Assembly (NCBI GenBank): GCA_037142735.1
Contig: JBAXAB010000003.1
Span: 1 to 53,397, forward strand
Source: a bacterium
Lineage (GTDB): Bacteria > Patescibacteriota > Minisyncoccia > Phycocordibacterales > CAIZLB01
Reading direction: 5' to 3'
DNA: 53,397 nt
A program made the position numbers and the translations under genes. Below, in pieces: positions 12,497 to 21,995 of this stretch (the stretch's first letter is position 1; the number at the start of each line of letters is the position of its first letter). Below the pieces are notes generated by a model that worked only from the letters and a program-made list of their open reading frames with translations, was not told the origin of the DNA and made no database searches.

Positions 12497-12581
12497 GAAC
12501 AGGATATATGGATGTATGAATGTATGATTTCGTGGAGGACAGTGTCAGTTAGAGCGGTAATGCCATAAAGGGTCCGTGTGA

Positions 12582-12610
12582 ATAGTAGCATTAAAATAGA
12601 TCCCTGTCAA
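12582..12610 (-). promoter_or_regulatory. sigma70-type promoter of cassette B
   Basis: The minus strand reads TTGACA (12610-12605), a 17-nt spacer, then TACTAT (12587-12582). Confidence 0.5.
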
Positions 12611-12622
12611 TCAATTCCGCCC

Positions 12623-13888
12623 TTATTTTGAGCCCTTTTCTGCCTGTTGTATGTCACTTGGAGAGTAAGTTACATTTTTCTTTACAAAGTCCAATAACCT
12701 GATCGCATCGGTTGTTCTATCAGGACTTTTAAGTTCAATGACCGCCACAGTTCTCACGCCCCCTTTAACCATTGGAATATTAAATAAAGAGACGTTCGTC
12801 TGTCGTGATTCGTCAATGTATCCATTTTTACCTCCAATAAATGAATCGATGTTCAACATCGCGTTTCTATTGTTCCAGGTGTGCTTACCTACTTTGTAAA
12901 TTTTCACCAACGTCATGTCAAAAATAGATGGCTCTTTATTGTAAATATATTGAGCAAGCTTAAACTGATCTGTGACACTTGAACTATTCTTTGCATCAAG
13001 ACCACTTGGGTCGTTATAGTAAGTACTCTTCATACCCAGGACTGCTGCCGTCTTGTTCATTAATTGCATGAAATCTGGACGACCATATTCATCAGCGATC
13101 ACTTCTGCTCCATCGTTGCTTGATTCCATTAAAAGCGGATACATAAGATCGCTTAGTTTTAATTTTTCTCCTAACACCAAGTTCCCCTCTGCACCAAAGG
13201 TGTTATATGAATCTCTCGATACCGTAGCCATATTTTTTAAATCCATATTTTCTGTAGCTACCAAGGCTGTCATAAGTTTACTAACCGAGGCTAACGGATA
13301 CACCGCATCCTGATTTTTCTGAAGAATCACTTCGCCTGTCTTTATATCAGCTACAAGATAGGCCAGTGCACCTGTTGTTGGAATTTTTGCAGCTATAGGA
13401 TATGAATATTCTTTCAGACTGTTACTTGTACTACTTGCATTACGAGCAAGTCCGTCGGTACTTGAAGCTGTCCCGGCTTGATTATCCGAATTGTTTATAG
13501 GATTGGCACTGGCAGTATTAGAGGTAGCAGTTGTAGCCCCAAAATATGTCCCTCTAATTTTGGCTGTAACAAGAAGTGCACTTTCTGTGACAAACGACAC
13601 AAGTGAAATCCCGATAACGACGGCACAGATTGCCCAAAAAATATATTGCCTTCTAGTATGAGGTTGAATGCTGATACGAAACACTCGACTGATAGGATCG
13701 ATATCAATGTCTTTATTAACTTGGTACGTCCCGGCTGGATGACCTTGGAAAAGCAACTTATCCACATGCATATTTCGATTGTCTTTAGGGGCTCCAAGAT
13801 CCATAAAACGGCCCGCCTCGGGCTGATTTTCCACATCAGATTCATTGTTCATCTCTCCGTCTTCGTGAAGATCTTCGTTCTCGATCAT
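12623..13888 (-). CDS. D-alanyl-D-alanine carboxypeptidase (serine peptidase S11-like), membrane anchored
   Basis: SxxK motif (ASVSKLM), SxN (SSNDG), a KTG-like GKNGY, and an N-terminal TM segment. Confidence 0.8.
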   Translation of the reverse strand: MIENEDLHEDGEMNNESDVENQPEAGRFMDLGAPKDNRNMHVDKLLFQGHPAGTYQVNKDIDIDPISRVFRISIQPHTRRQYIFWAICAVVIGISLVSFVTESALLVTAKIRGTYFGATTATSNTASANPINNSDNQAGTASSTDGLARNASSTSNSLKEYSYPIAAKIPTTGALAYLVADIKTGEVILQKNQDAVYPLASVSKLMTALVATENMDLKNMATVSRDSYNTFGAEGNLVLGEKLKLSDLMYPLLMESSNDGAEVIADEYGRPDFMQLMNKTAAVLGMKSTYYNDPSGLDAKNSSSVTDQFKLAQYIYNKEPSIFDMTLVKIYKVGKHTWNNRNAMLNIDSFIGGKNGYIDESRQTNVSLFNIPMVKGGVRTVAVIELKSPDRTTDAIRLLDFVKKNVTYSPSDIQQAEKGSK

Positions 13889-13931
13889 ATAGGCCTTATT
13901 ATATAACTTTTAAGAACTCTTTGCCATTCAC

Positions 13932-14855
13932 CTATCGCCCCATTAACTTGTAGAAAATCTTGTTGCCAAAACGTAGGTCTATATAGTCAATTTGAGTTAG
14001 TTTTTTTATACCAATTTCATTTTTATTAGCCATTTGTGTGGTCCAAAAAATGGGATTAGTCAGACCTGCCTTAAGGTTATCCAAGGCGTTGGCCAAATTT
14101 CCTCCTCTAACCACAAGAAGGAGGCCATTATTTTTTATTTGAAAGCGATACGTAGTTGCATCAGATATCTCCACTGCATTCAATTCAATGCCGAGCTCTT
14201 TAACATTTTGTAAGAAAGTTTCAATATCAGAGTATTCTTGAGCTGGAATAAACTGCCATGCAGTATATGTTCCTGCATCCATTGGCAAGATATCCGCAGT
14301 ACTAGTTGAGCCTTGAGTAATATCTTGTGGCATTGATCCGTATAGTTTTAAATACGAAGACCCGTCAAATTGTGGAGCTAGGGCAAACACAAAACCTTGA
14401 GAGTCCACAAAAGAACAAGGATCAACTGATTGAGAAAAAGAAGCTCCGCACCACAAGGTGTGAGGTTTTCTCTCGGTCATGTTAATTGTTAAATTATTCT
14501 TCTCAACAGTAATTTGCAGTATGTCTATGCGGGGAAATTGCTGTCTTAATTCTTTGAGCATCTCACTTTTAGGGAAGATCAAAATATTATTCTTTGGCAA
14601 AAAATAGAGATAATTTCCAGAAATTATTTTATTAACTGACAATGCAAGATCATCACCTTTTAAAGAAACATTTCCTTTTACATCCACGTGTTGGATTTTA
14701 AAAAAATCCGTACGCATTAAAAAAATAAAACAACCAACGATTAGGCCGAATATGAAAATGACACCTGCCAGCTTTAAAACTTTTCTTATTCTCTTTTTAT
14801 GAACTATCTGAGATGGTCTTAAAAACTCACGTGATTTGTAAATTGTGTGTTTCAT
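13932..14855 (-). CDS. ftsQ: cell division protein FtsQ/DivIB-like
   Basis: Single N-terminal TM helix followed by a POTRA-like FKIQHVDVKGNVSLKGDDL. Confidence 0.65.
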   Translation of the reverse strand: MKHTIYKSREFLRPSQIVHKKRIRKVLKLAGVIFIFGLIVGCFIFLMRTDFFKIQHVDVKGNVSLKGDDLALSVNKIISGNYLYFLPKNNILIFPKSEMLKELRQQFPRIDILQITVEKNNLTINMTERKPHTLWCGASFSQSVDPCSFVDSQGFVFALAPQFDGSSYLKLYGSMPQDITQGSTSTADILPMDAGTYTAWQFIPAQEYSDIETFLQNVKELGIELNAVEISDATTYRFQIKNNGLLLVVRGGNLANALDNLKAGLTNPIFWTTQMANKNEIGIKKLTQIDYIDLRFGNKIFYKLMGR

Positions 14856-14860
14856 TTTTT

Positions 14861-14883
14861 ATTTCGCGAAATCATATCGCGAT
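14861..14883 (-). promoter_or_regulatory. leader element core, copy upstream of ftsQ
   Basis: The minus strand reads TCGCGATATGATTTCGCGAAAT, then AAAAA and the ATG. It contains the perfect 12-bp palindrome ATTTCGCGAAAT. Confidence 0.45.
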
Positions 14884-14900
14884 TAAGATACAGAGAAAAA

Positions 14901-16166
14901 TTACTTAATGAACTCCCTGCCTCCCATATATGGCCGTAACACTGGTGGAATTCGAATAGAACCATCCGCCTGCTGATTATTTTCAATGAGGGAGATCAAA
15001 AAACGTGGTGTAGCAATCGCTGTATTGTTCAATGAGTGAACAAAGCGCAACTTACCATCATCATCACGATATCGAATATTTAAACGTCTCGTCTGAAAAT
15101 CATGGAAATATGAAGCCGAGTGAGTTTCACCATATTTATTTTCTGAAGGCATCCACGCCTCAATGTCATATTTTTTTACTTGTCCTAGCCCCAAGTCTCC
15201 TCCACAATTCAAGACAACGTGATAGGGAATCTCTAACGCCTGTAATAATTGTTCCGCATTAGCTGTCACCTCTTCATGTAATCGCACAGACTCTTGATGG
15301 CTGGCTTCACATAAAACAAGTTGCTCAATTTTAAAGAATTCGTGCACACGATAAAGGCCTTTGGTATTTTTACCATGACTACCTGCTTCGCGACGAAAAC
15401 ATGGAGAGAACGAGACGAATTTAATCGGCAACTGTGATTTTTCAATAATTTCATCACTGTAATATGACATAGTAGAAACCTCACCAGTTCCTGCCAAGTA
15501 TTCATTATCCTGAGTTTTGTATAAATCCTCTTCACCTTGTGGAATATATCCGGTTCCAATTAATGTTTCGCGCTTTACAAGTGACGGCACAATCATGGGT
15601 TGGTAGTTTTGCTTTGCAAGAAAATCCATTACAAATTGCCAAATTGCAAAACTAAGCAGTGCTCCATCATTTTTTAAAAAATAACCACGGAAGCCTGACA
15701 CTTTTGCCCCGCGATCGAAATCCGCCATGTTTTTTTCTAACATGATATCAATATGGTTTTTTGGGGTGAAGTTAAATTGAGGAAGGCTTCCGGATTGTCG
15801 TACCTCAACATTTTGTTCATCACTGTCGCCTTCTGGTACAGACATATCTGGAATGTTTGGGACCGCAACCATCATCTTCTGCCATTCTTTCATAATATCA
15901 GTCAATTCTTTTTCATCATTTTGAGCAGACTCTTTGACCACTTTCATTTGATCTATATAACCTAATCGAGTTTGGTTATCTAGAGCTGAGGTAATAAGAG
16001 TACTGTATTTGTTCTGTTCAGCCTTAGCGTCTTCTACTTTTTTCATTAAATCGCGACGCTTATCATCAATAACCAACAATGCGTCTACATCGAAAGCAAG
16101 GTGCTTTTTACGAGCTCCGTCTTTAATAAGATCCTTATTTTCTCTGATGAATTTAATGTCTAACAT
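14901..16166 (-). CDS. serS: seryl-tRNA synthetase
   Basis: N-terminal coiled-coil arm plus class II core motifs (FRREAGS, GETHSASY). Confidence 0.95.
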   Translation of the reverse strand: MLDIKFIRENKDLIKDGARKKHLAFDVDALLVIDDKRRDLMKKVEDAKAEQNKYSTLITSALDNQTRLGYIDQMKVVKESAQNDEKELTDIMKEWQKMMVAVPNIPDMSVPEGDSDEQNVEVRQSGSLPQFNFTPKNHIDIMLEKNMADFDRGAKVSGFRGYFLKNDGALLSFAIWQFVMDFLAKQNYQPMIVPSLVKRETLIGTGYIPQGEEDLYKTQDNEYLAGTGEVSTMSYYSDEIIEKSQLPIKFVSFSPCFRREAGSHGKNTKGLYRVHEFFKIEQLVLCEASHQESVRLHEEVTANAEQLLQALEIPYHVVLNCGGDLGLGQVKKYDIEAWMPSENKYGETHSASYFHDFQTRRLNIRYRDDDGKLRFVHSLNNTAIATPRFLISLIENNQQADGSIRIPPVLRPYMGGREFIK

Positions 16167-16209
16167 ATGAAGTAAATTTTATACCGAATTAACTTTTTTA
16201 TCATATCAA

Positions 16210-17199
16210 ATGAATATGATATGTGCCACTATGGATGAAGCAATGAACGAGCCTATCTTTCCTGAAATTATACGACTGGAGAAGCGGGATTTTCCCAAAC
16301 TTCTAACTGAGATGCCTGGTGCGCCGGACGAATTGTATTATTGTGGAGACCGGTGCACCCTTTTTGCTGACAATCACAAATACCTTTGCGTAGTAGGCTC
16401 TCGTCGATATACAGAATACGGACGCAGGGTCTGCGAATGGCTTATCGAGGGATTACGCGGAACACCCACAATAATTGTTTCCGGGTTGGCTATGGGAATT
16501 GATGCAGTGGCACACAAATCAGCAATATCAAACGGCCTGAGAACAATTGCTGTACCTGGGTCTGGCCTTAATCCAGATATTTTATATCCACGTATCAACA
16601 TGTATGTGGCAGAAGACATTATAAAAAATAAAGGCTGTCTCCTCTCGCCGTTTAAACCAGACCTCGGTGCTGCTTCTTGGACATTTCCAGTTCGTAATCA
16701 AATTATGGCAGGCATGTCACATGCGACACTAATAATAGAAGGCGAGGAGGACTCGGGTACACTTATAACCGCCAGACTATCAGCAGAATACAACCGTGAC
16801 ACCTTAGTTGTTCCTGGATCTATTTTTTCTGATCATTCTAGGGGACCACATAAATTATTACGCGATGGTGCAATCGCCATCACTTGCCAGGCTGACTTAC
16901 GGGAGGCGCTAGGTTTCATAGAAGCGAGCAAAACTACAGCAACATCAGAATACCCCGATGGAAACAATTCATATTACAGAACCTGTACTGAAGACGAACT
17001 AAAAATTGTTTCCCTACTCGCTTCTGAATCCCTACATAAAGATCAAATCATTACAAAAACAAACCTTGGTGTCAGCCGCGTTCACATTTTAATTTCAATT
17101 CTTGAGACGAAAAATTTAGTCCAACAAAAATATGGCAAAGTCAGCCTACGCTATCCGTATATCCAGACCACTTTTGGTAAAAATGACGACTCTGTGTAA
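16210..17199 (+). CDS. dprA: DNA processing protein DprA
   Basis: Rossmann-like core VVGSRRYTEYG...IVSGLAMGIDAVAH. Confidence 0.85.
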   Translation: MNMICATMDEAMNEPIFPEIIRLEKRDFPKLLTEMPGAPDELYYCGDRCTLFADNHKYLCVVGSRRYTEYGRRVCEWLIEGLRGTPTIIVSGLAMGIDAVAHKSAISNGLRTIAVPGSGLNPDILYPRINMYVAEDIIKNKGCLLSPFKPDLGAASWTFPVRNQIMAGMSHATLIIEGEEDSGTLITARLSAEYNRDTLVVPGSIFSDHSRGPHKLLRDGAIAITCQADLREALGFIEASKTTATSEYPDGNNSYYRTCTEDELKIVSLLASESLHKDQIITKTNLGVSRVHILISILETKNLVQQKYGKVSLRYPYIQTTFGKNDDSV

Positions 17200-17213
17200 T
17201 ACTTACGAATATT

Positions 17214-19388
17214 ATGAAGCTATTAATCGTAGAGTCCCCTGCCAAGGCAAAAACTATTTCAAAATATTTGAAGGGCGAATACAAAGTAGTTGCTTCAGTC
17301 GGCCATGTCCGCGACCTTCCAAAGAGCAACAAAAAAGCCATCGACATAGAACATGGGTTTATTCCTCACTATGAAATTTCCGCTGGAAAAGAAAAGGTCA
17401 TAAGTGAAATAAAATCGCTTGCTAAAAAAGCGGACGAGGTCATCCTCGCTACTGACCCCGACCGTGAAGGAGAGGCAATTGCCTGGCATATCAAAGAAGC
17501 ATTGGGTCTTAAAAAACCAAAGCGTGTAGTTTTCCATGAAATCACAGAAGGAGCTATCCAAGAAGCCATCAAGCATCCGAGAGATATTGATGAAAATTTA
17601 CGCTATGCCCAAGAGGCGCGACGTGTCCTAGACCGATTGGTAGGGTACGACCTCTCAGGTCTCATTTGGAAAAAGGTTCGTTACGGACTATCTGCTGGAC
17701 GAGTACAGTCACCTGCTCTTCGTATCATCATGGAACGCGAACGTGAAATTCGGGCTTTTACGCCAGAAGCTTACTATGTCATTACTGCTAAAACTGAAAC
17801 TAAAAAAGGTGAATCCATCGAATTATCATGTACCAAAGAGGTAAAAGATTCCAAGATCGCCGAGGAAATTGTTTCTATTGGTAAAAAATCTGACTGGCAC
17901 GTCAAAGATATTGAGGAATCCGAAGTAAAACGTTCTCCTCGTGCGCCATTTATCACTTCAACGTTACAACAAACCGCAAGTACTCGTTTTGGATTCTCTC
18001 CATCACGAACAATGTCCCTAGCCCAAAAATTATACGAAGGAGGACACATCACGTACATGCGAACTGATAGTACAAACCTCAGCAAAGTCGCAATCGCCGA
18101 ATCTGCTACTGTTATTGCCAAGGAATTCGGCGATAAGTATTTTGAAGCGCGAACCTTTGCTTCAAAGAGTAAGAATGCCCAGGAAGCTCACGAAGCAATT
18201 CGCCCCACTCATGTCGCACTTACCCAAGCAGGGTCAAATGATGACGAAAAGAAACTTTACAGATTAATTCGCGCACGTACTTTGGCTTCTCAAATGACAG
18301 ATGCTAAAATTGCCCGCACCAAGATTGTTGCAAACATATTAAATGGAAAAGATTTTCCAGACTTTACGGTGACTGGTTCACGCGTTATTTTTGATGGATG
18401 GTTAAAGGCAGACCCAGAAGCACGAGGCGAGGATGTTGAATTACCAAAAGTTGCAAAAGACGAAGATTTGAAACTTATAGAAATTGTTTCTTTAGAAAAA
18501 TTCACCGAACCACCATCTCGCTACACTGAGGCAGGCCTTATTAAAGAACTAGAAAAACGTGGAATCGGCCGACCTTCTACATATGCCAGCATCATTCGTA
18601 CCCTAGAAGAGCGCGAATATGTGACAAAATTAAACCGAACTATGACACCAACTGATACAGGCGATGTCGTGAGTAGTTTCATTGAAGAACACTTCCCTTC
18701 ATATATTAGTGATGATTTTACAGCTAAAATGGAAGATAAACTGGACGATATCGCATTAGGAAAAGAAACTTATCTTAAAACTCTGACTGATTTCTACGGA
18801 CCATTTACAAAAGATGTTAAATCAAAAGAAGATCTCGACAAGGCCACTACTCTTGGTGAAGCGGACGAAAAATTTAAATGCCCAAAATGTGGCAGCTCAA
18901 TGCAGATCAAATTGGCACGCACTGGTAAATTCCTCAGTTGTTCAAAATTTCCTGAATGTGACGGAGCTTTAATGTTAGATGGTCACGAATTACAAAAAGA
19001 TACACCAATCGGCAATGATCCTACGACCGGTTTACCTATTTTCATAAAAGTCGGCCGATTTGGACCGTATGTTCAATTAGGTGAAAAAACCAAAGAAATA
19101 AAGAAGCCCCGAATGGCCAGTATTCCAAAAGGCAAGGACCTGGGAACTGTTTCTGTTGAAGACGCAATGATCTATCTGTCCCTTCCAAGAGACCTTGGGA
19201 CACACCCAGACACGGGAAAAAAGATAACTGCGAGTATTGGGCGATTCGGACCTTATATTGTTCATGAAGCGGATTTTAGATCACTCAAAACAGACGACGT
19301 CTACAAAATCACCCACGAACGTGCAATGGAAATTTTGCGTGAACCTAAAAAGATATCAAATCGAGGTAAAAAGAAGAAAACAGCGTAG
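17214..19388 (+). CDS. topA: DNA topoisomerase I
   Basis: TOPRIM start MKLLIVESPAKAKTI, active-site region ITYMRTDS, and C-terminal Cys4 zinc ribbons. Confidence 0.95.
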   Translation: MKLLIVESPAKAKTISKYLKGEYKVVASVGHVRDLPKSNKKAIDIEHGFIPHYEISAGKEKVISEIKSLAKKADEVILATDPDREGEAIAWHIKEALGLKKPKRVVFHEITEGAIQEAIKHPRDIDENLRYAQEARRVLDRLVGYDLSGLIWKKVRYGLSAGRVQSPALRIIMEREREIRAFTPEAYYVITAKTETKKGESIELSCTKEVKDSKIAEEIVSIGKKSDWHVKDIEESEVKRSPRAPFITSTLQQTASTRFGFSPSRTMSLAQKLYEGGHITYMRTDSTNLSKVAIAESATVIAKEFGDKYFEARTFASKSKNAQEAHEAIRPTHVALTQAGSNDDEKKLYRLIRARTLASQMTDAKIARTKIVANILNGKDFPDFTVTGSRVIFDGWLKADPEARGEDVELPKVAKDEDLKLIEIVSLEKFTEPPSRYTEAGLIKELEKRGIGRPSTYASIIRTLEEREYVTKLNRTMTPTDTGDVVSSFIEEHFPSYISDDFTAKMEDKLDDIALGKETYLKTLTDFYGPFTKDVKSKEDLDKATTLGEADEKFKCPKCGSSMQIKLARTGKFLSCSKFPECDGALMLDGHELQKDTPIGNDPTTGLPIFIKVGRFGPYVQLGEKTKEIKKPRMASIPKGKDLGTVSVEDAMIYLSLPRDLGTHPDTGKKITASIGRFGPYIVHEADFRSLKTDDVYKITHERAMEILREPKKISNRGKKKKTA

Positions 19389-19389
19389 G

Positions 19390-20427
19390 TTAAAAACTAA
19401 AATTCTTTACAGTATATAAATCCTCATCTTCACTTGGTTGTTCTGGAACTACAGTTTCCACTGGAGCAGCTTCAACCGTTCCACCAACAGCTTCTGCAAT
19501 ACTCGCAGTCTGAGTTTGTAGAGAGGCACCAGCTTCTGTCTTCTTACTCTTACTCATCATGTCCAAAATATTATGTAAATCTTCCTGATTGAAAAAATCA
19601 ATCACCACCTTTCCTCCTGTCTCACGCTTTTCGATAAAGACACGTGTACCCAAAGATTCGTTCAAACGCGCCACCATCAAATCAATTTCTGGATCATTTA
19701 ATTTTTCCTTCTTGCGGACTCGGTCAACTGCAATACCTCGAGCAATACTTTCTGCCTCACGCACGTTCAATTTCTTGAACATAATTTCTTTAAACAATGT
19801 TTCTTGCTCTTCAGGACGAGTACTTAACATTAAAAGCGGCCGACTATGACCTTCGGTGATTTTACCTTCGGACACCGCAGTCAACATGTGTTTGGGTAAA
19901 TTTAACAAACGTAACGTGTTGGTTACATATTCACGACTCTTGCCCATTTTTTCTGCAATCTGAACATGTTTCAGCCCGAATTCTTCTGCAAGTCTTTGGA
20001 ACGAATAGGCCCGATCAACTGCATTCAAATCTTCACGTTGCAAGTTTTCAATAATGGCAAGCTCTAGTTTAGTTCTTGCATCGTCCTCGTGAGCACGGAT
20101 AATCGCTGGAATCTGCTGAAGACCGGCTAGTTTTGACGCACGCAAACGTCGCTCTCCTGAAATCAATTCATATTCAACCACCAAACCACCATCTGGTTTA
20201 ATAATTTCCTTTCTGGTAACAACAAGAGGCTGGAGCAATCCATACATGCGAATTGAATCTGACAGATCTTTTAAAGTCGCTGGGTCAAATTCCTTTCGAG
20301 GTTGATATGGATTTGGTTTTACTTTTTCAACATCAATCCAAAAAATTGAGTTATTAAAATATGGTGTGGCTGGACGATTGCTTTGTGGAATCGTCGTAGA
20401 ATTATTTGGAATAAGTTGGTCTCCCAT
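19390..20427 (-). CDS. parB: ParB/Spo0J-like partition protein
   Basis: ParB box LISGERRLRASKLAG followed by an HTH region. Confidence 0.85.
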   Translation of the reverse strand: MGDQLIPNNSTTIPQSNRPATPYFNNSIFWIDVEKVKPNPYQPRKEFDPATLKDLSDSIRMYGLLQPLVVTRKEIIKPDGGLVVEYELISGERRLRASKLAGLQQIPAIIRAHEDDARTKLELAIIENLQREDLNAVDRAYSFQRLAEEFGLKHVQIAEKMGKSREYVTNTLRLLNLPKHMLTAVSEGKITEGHSRPLLMLSTRPEEQETLFKEIMFKKLNVREAESIARGIAVDRVRKKEKLNDPEIDLMVARLNESLGTRVFIEKRETGGKVVIDFFNQEDLHNILDMMSKSKKTEAGASLQTQTASIAEAVGGTVEAAPVETVVPEQPSEDEDLYTVKNFSF

Positions 20428-20436
20428 AGTGAAAAT

Positions 20437-20465
20437 ATTCTATCACATTTCATAATTATAAAAAG
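20437..20465. repeat. copy 1 of a dispersed AT-rich segment shared with 50547-50573
   Basis: ATTCTATCACATTTCATAATTATAAAAAG shares an exact 19-mer, ATTTCATAATTATAAAAAG, plus ATTCTA with 50547-50573. In both places a GAGGAGGA-containing hairpin and then TGATTCGT follow. Confidence 0.6.
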
Positions 20466-20470
20466 TGGGA

Positions 20471-20522
20471 AAAGAAAAAGGAGGAACCCGCCCGGCACGA
20501 AGCCTGACAAATTCCTCCTTTT
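20471..20522 (-). terminator. rho-independent terminator of cassette C
   Basis: On the minus strand, AAGGAGGAA...TTCCTCCTT is followed by TTTCTTTTC. Confidence 0.6.
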
Positions 20523-20550
20523 GATTCGTGACCGAGCCGACGTGGCACGG

Positions 20551-20907
20551 TTACTTCTGGGCGAGATCGTCTGAAGTGCCCACTTTGGGCCTGCTCCGCG
20601 GGTAGCGAACGGGAGTGTATTCAAGATCTGCTTTCACCTTTGAGGTCTCTTGCCGGACGACCTTTTTGATTTCAGCTTTTCCGTTATTTTCCGCCGTTTC
20701 GTTCCCCGCGAGTAGGAGTGGTAGGATTCCGAACCCGAAACAACCGAGCGCTAGCGCCCAGGGGCCAAGGATTCTTCTCCAGTTTTCTCGCCAGTATTGC
20801 CGCTTGTGGTAGCGACTCATTTGAGTGTGGTGGTGGTTTGATGTTTGGACTGGCTGCAAAGAACGGATGGTGACACAAGCTTGTGCAAGTGCCACCAACA
20901 GGCTCAT
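20551..20907 (-). CDS. hypothetical membrane protein (GC-rich cassette C)
   Basis: 118 aa with one clear TM helix (ILGPWALALGCFGFGILPLLLAG). GC-rich relative to parB and miaA. Confidence 0.5.
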   Translation of the reverse strand: MSLLVALAQACVTIRSLQPVQTSNHHHTQMSRYHKRQYWRENWRRILGPWALALGCFGFGILPLLLAGNETAENNGKAEIKKVVRQETSKVKADLEYTPVRYPRSRPKVGTSDDLAQK

Positions 20908-20974
20908 TAAATGGGCTTAGCAATAATTATGCCATAAATAGATAAACTGCACAACACGTTGAATTGGCTTAGAT

Positions 20975-20990
20975 TTCATAGTACTATGAA
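20975..20990. promoter_or_regulatory. perfect 16-bp palindrome, candidate operator
   Basis: TTCATAGTACTATGAA lies between cassette C and tRNA-Leu. Confidence 0.3.
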
Positions 20991-21002
20991 CCCGCATCGG
21001 AT

Positions 21003-21086
21003 GCCGCGATGGCGGAATTGGTAGACGCACACGACTCAAAATCGTGCGGGGGTGACCCCATGAGAGTTCAATTCTCTCTCGCGGCA
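21003..21086 (+). tRNA. tRNA-Leu (anticodon CAA)
   Basis: Acceptor GCCGCGA/TCGCGGC, anticodon arm CACGA-CTCAAAA-TCGTG, long variable arm, T arm GAGAG-TTCAATT-CTCTC. No CCA is encoded. Confidence 0.9.
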
Positions 21087-21109
21087 CATTTGTGGGATTT
21101 ATTCCAAAA

Positions 21110-21949
21110 ATGAAAGATATTATTGTCATTATCGGTCCAACTACGAGCGGCAAAACAGCTCTATCCCTGAAACTTGCCAAGAAACTAAATGGTGAGGTTA
21201 TTTCGGCTGATTCAAGACAGGTCTATAAAAATATAAATCTAGCGAGTGGGAAAATTACCAAAAAAGAGATGGGCAAAATCCCCCACCACCTTATTGATGT
21301 CGTTGATCCAAAAAAAACATTTACCGTAAGCGATTTTAAAGAAATAGCAGGGTCTGCCATTGAAGAAATCATTGCCAAAGGGAAAACTCCTATTATTTGC
21401 GGAGGAACGGGTTTCTATATAGACGCGCTATTACATGACAGTCTATTTCCAGAAGTGTCTCCAAATCCAAAATTAAGAAAAACACTAACTAAAAATACCG
21501 TTGCGGAACTTTTCATCATGTTAAAAAAGTTAGATGCTCAACGTGCCAATACGATTGATCAAAATAACGCTGCACGCCTTATCCGGGCAATTGAGATTGC
21601 GAAAAAACTCGGTAAAGTTCCTCCTGTTAAGGATGGACCAAATGCATTGTATAAAAAATACAATATAGAAATAATGTATATAGATTTGCCAGACGAAATA
21701 CTTTTTAAAAAAGTGTTACAACGTATTGATCAACGTATAAAGTCTGGAATGATTCCAGAAGTTAAAAAACTTCACGACACTCATAAAGTGTCCTGGAAAC
21801 GCCTTTATGAAATTGGCTTGGAATGTCGTTTTGTCTCGATGTATCTACGAGGACAATTAACTTTAACAGAAATGCGCGACCAGCTGTTCACCGCTACGAA
21901 ACAATACATAAAACGCCAGCGAACTTGGTTTAAGAAATACATAAAATAA
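21110..21949 (+). CDS. miaA: tRNA dimethylallyltransferase
   Basis: P-loop IIGPTTSGKT and ISADSRQVYK. ATG 21110 is preferred over the track start at 21092, which nearly abuts the tRNA (6 nt from its 3' end). Confidence 0.9.
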   Translation: MKDIIVIIGPTTSGKTALSLKLAKKLNGEVISADSRQVYKNINLASGKITKKEMGKIPHHLIDVVDPKKTFTVSDFKEIAGSAIEEIIAKGKTPIICGGTGFYIDALLHDSLFPEVSPNPKLRKTLTKNTVAELFIMLKKLDAQRANTIDQNNAARLIRAIEIAKKLGKVPPVKDGPNALYKKYNIEIMYIDLPDEILFKKVLQRIDQRIKSGMIPEVKKLHDTHKVSWKRLYEIGLECRFVSMYLRGQLTLTEMRDQLFTATKQYIKRQRTWFKKYIK

Positions 21950-21976
21950 AAAACTATCCGTGCGGGTAGTTTTTTA
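21950..21976. terminator. bidirectional hairpin terminator
   Basis: AAAACTATCC-GTGC-GGGTAGTTTTTT lies between convergent genes. Confidence 0.6.
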
Positions 21977-21995
21977 TTGTATGCATTTGAGTTAA

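Noticed and set aside
20917-21180. 87-aa minus-strand ORF
   Set aside because: It overlaps tRNA-Leu(CAA) and the start of miaA on the opposite strand. Spurious.
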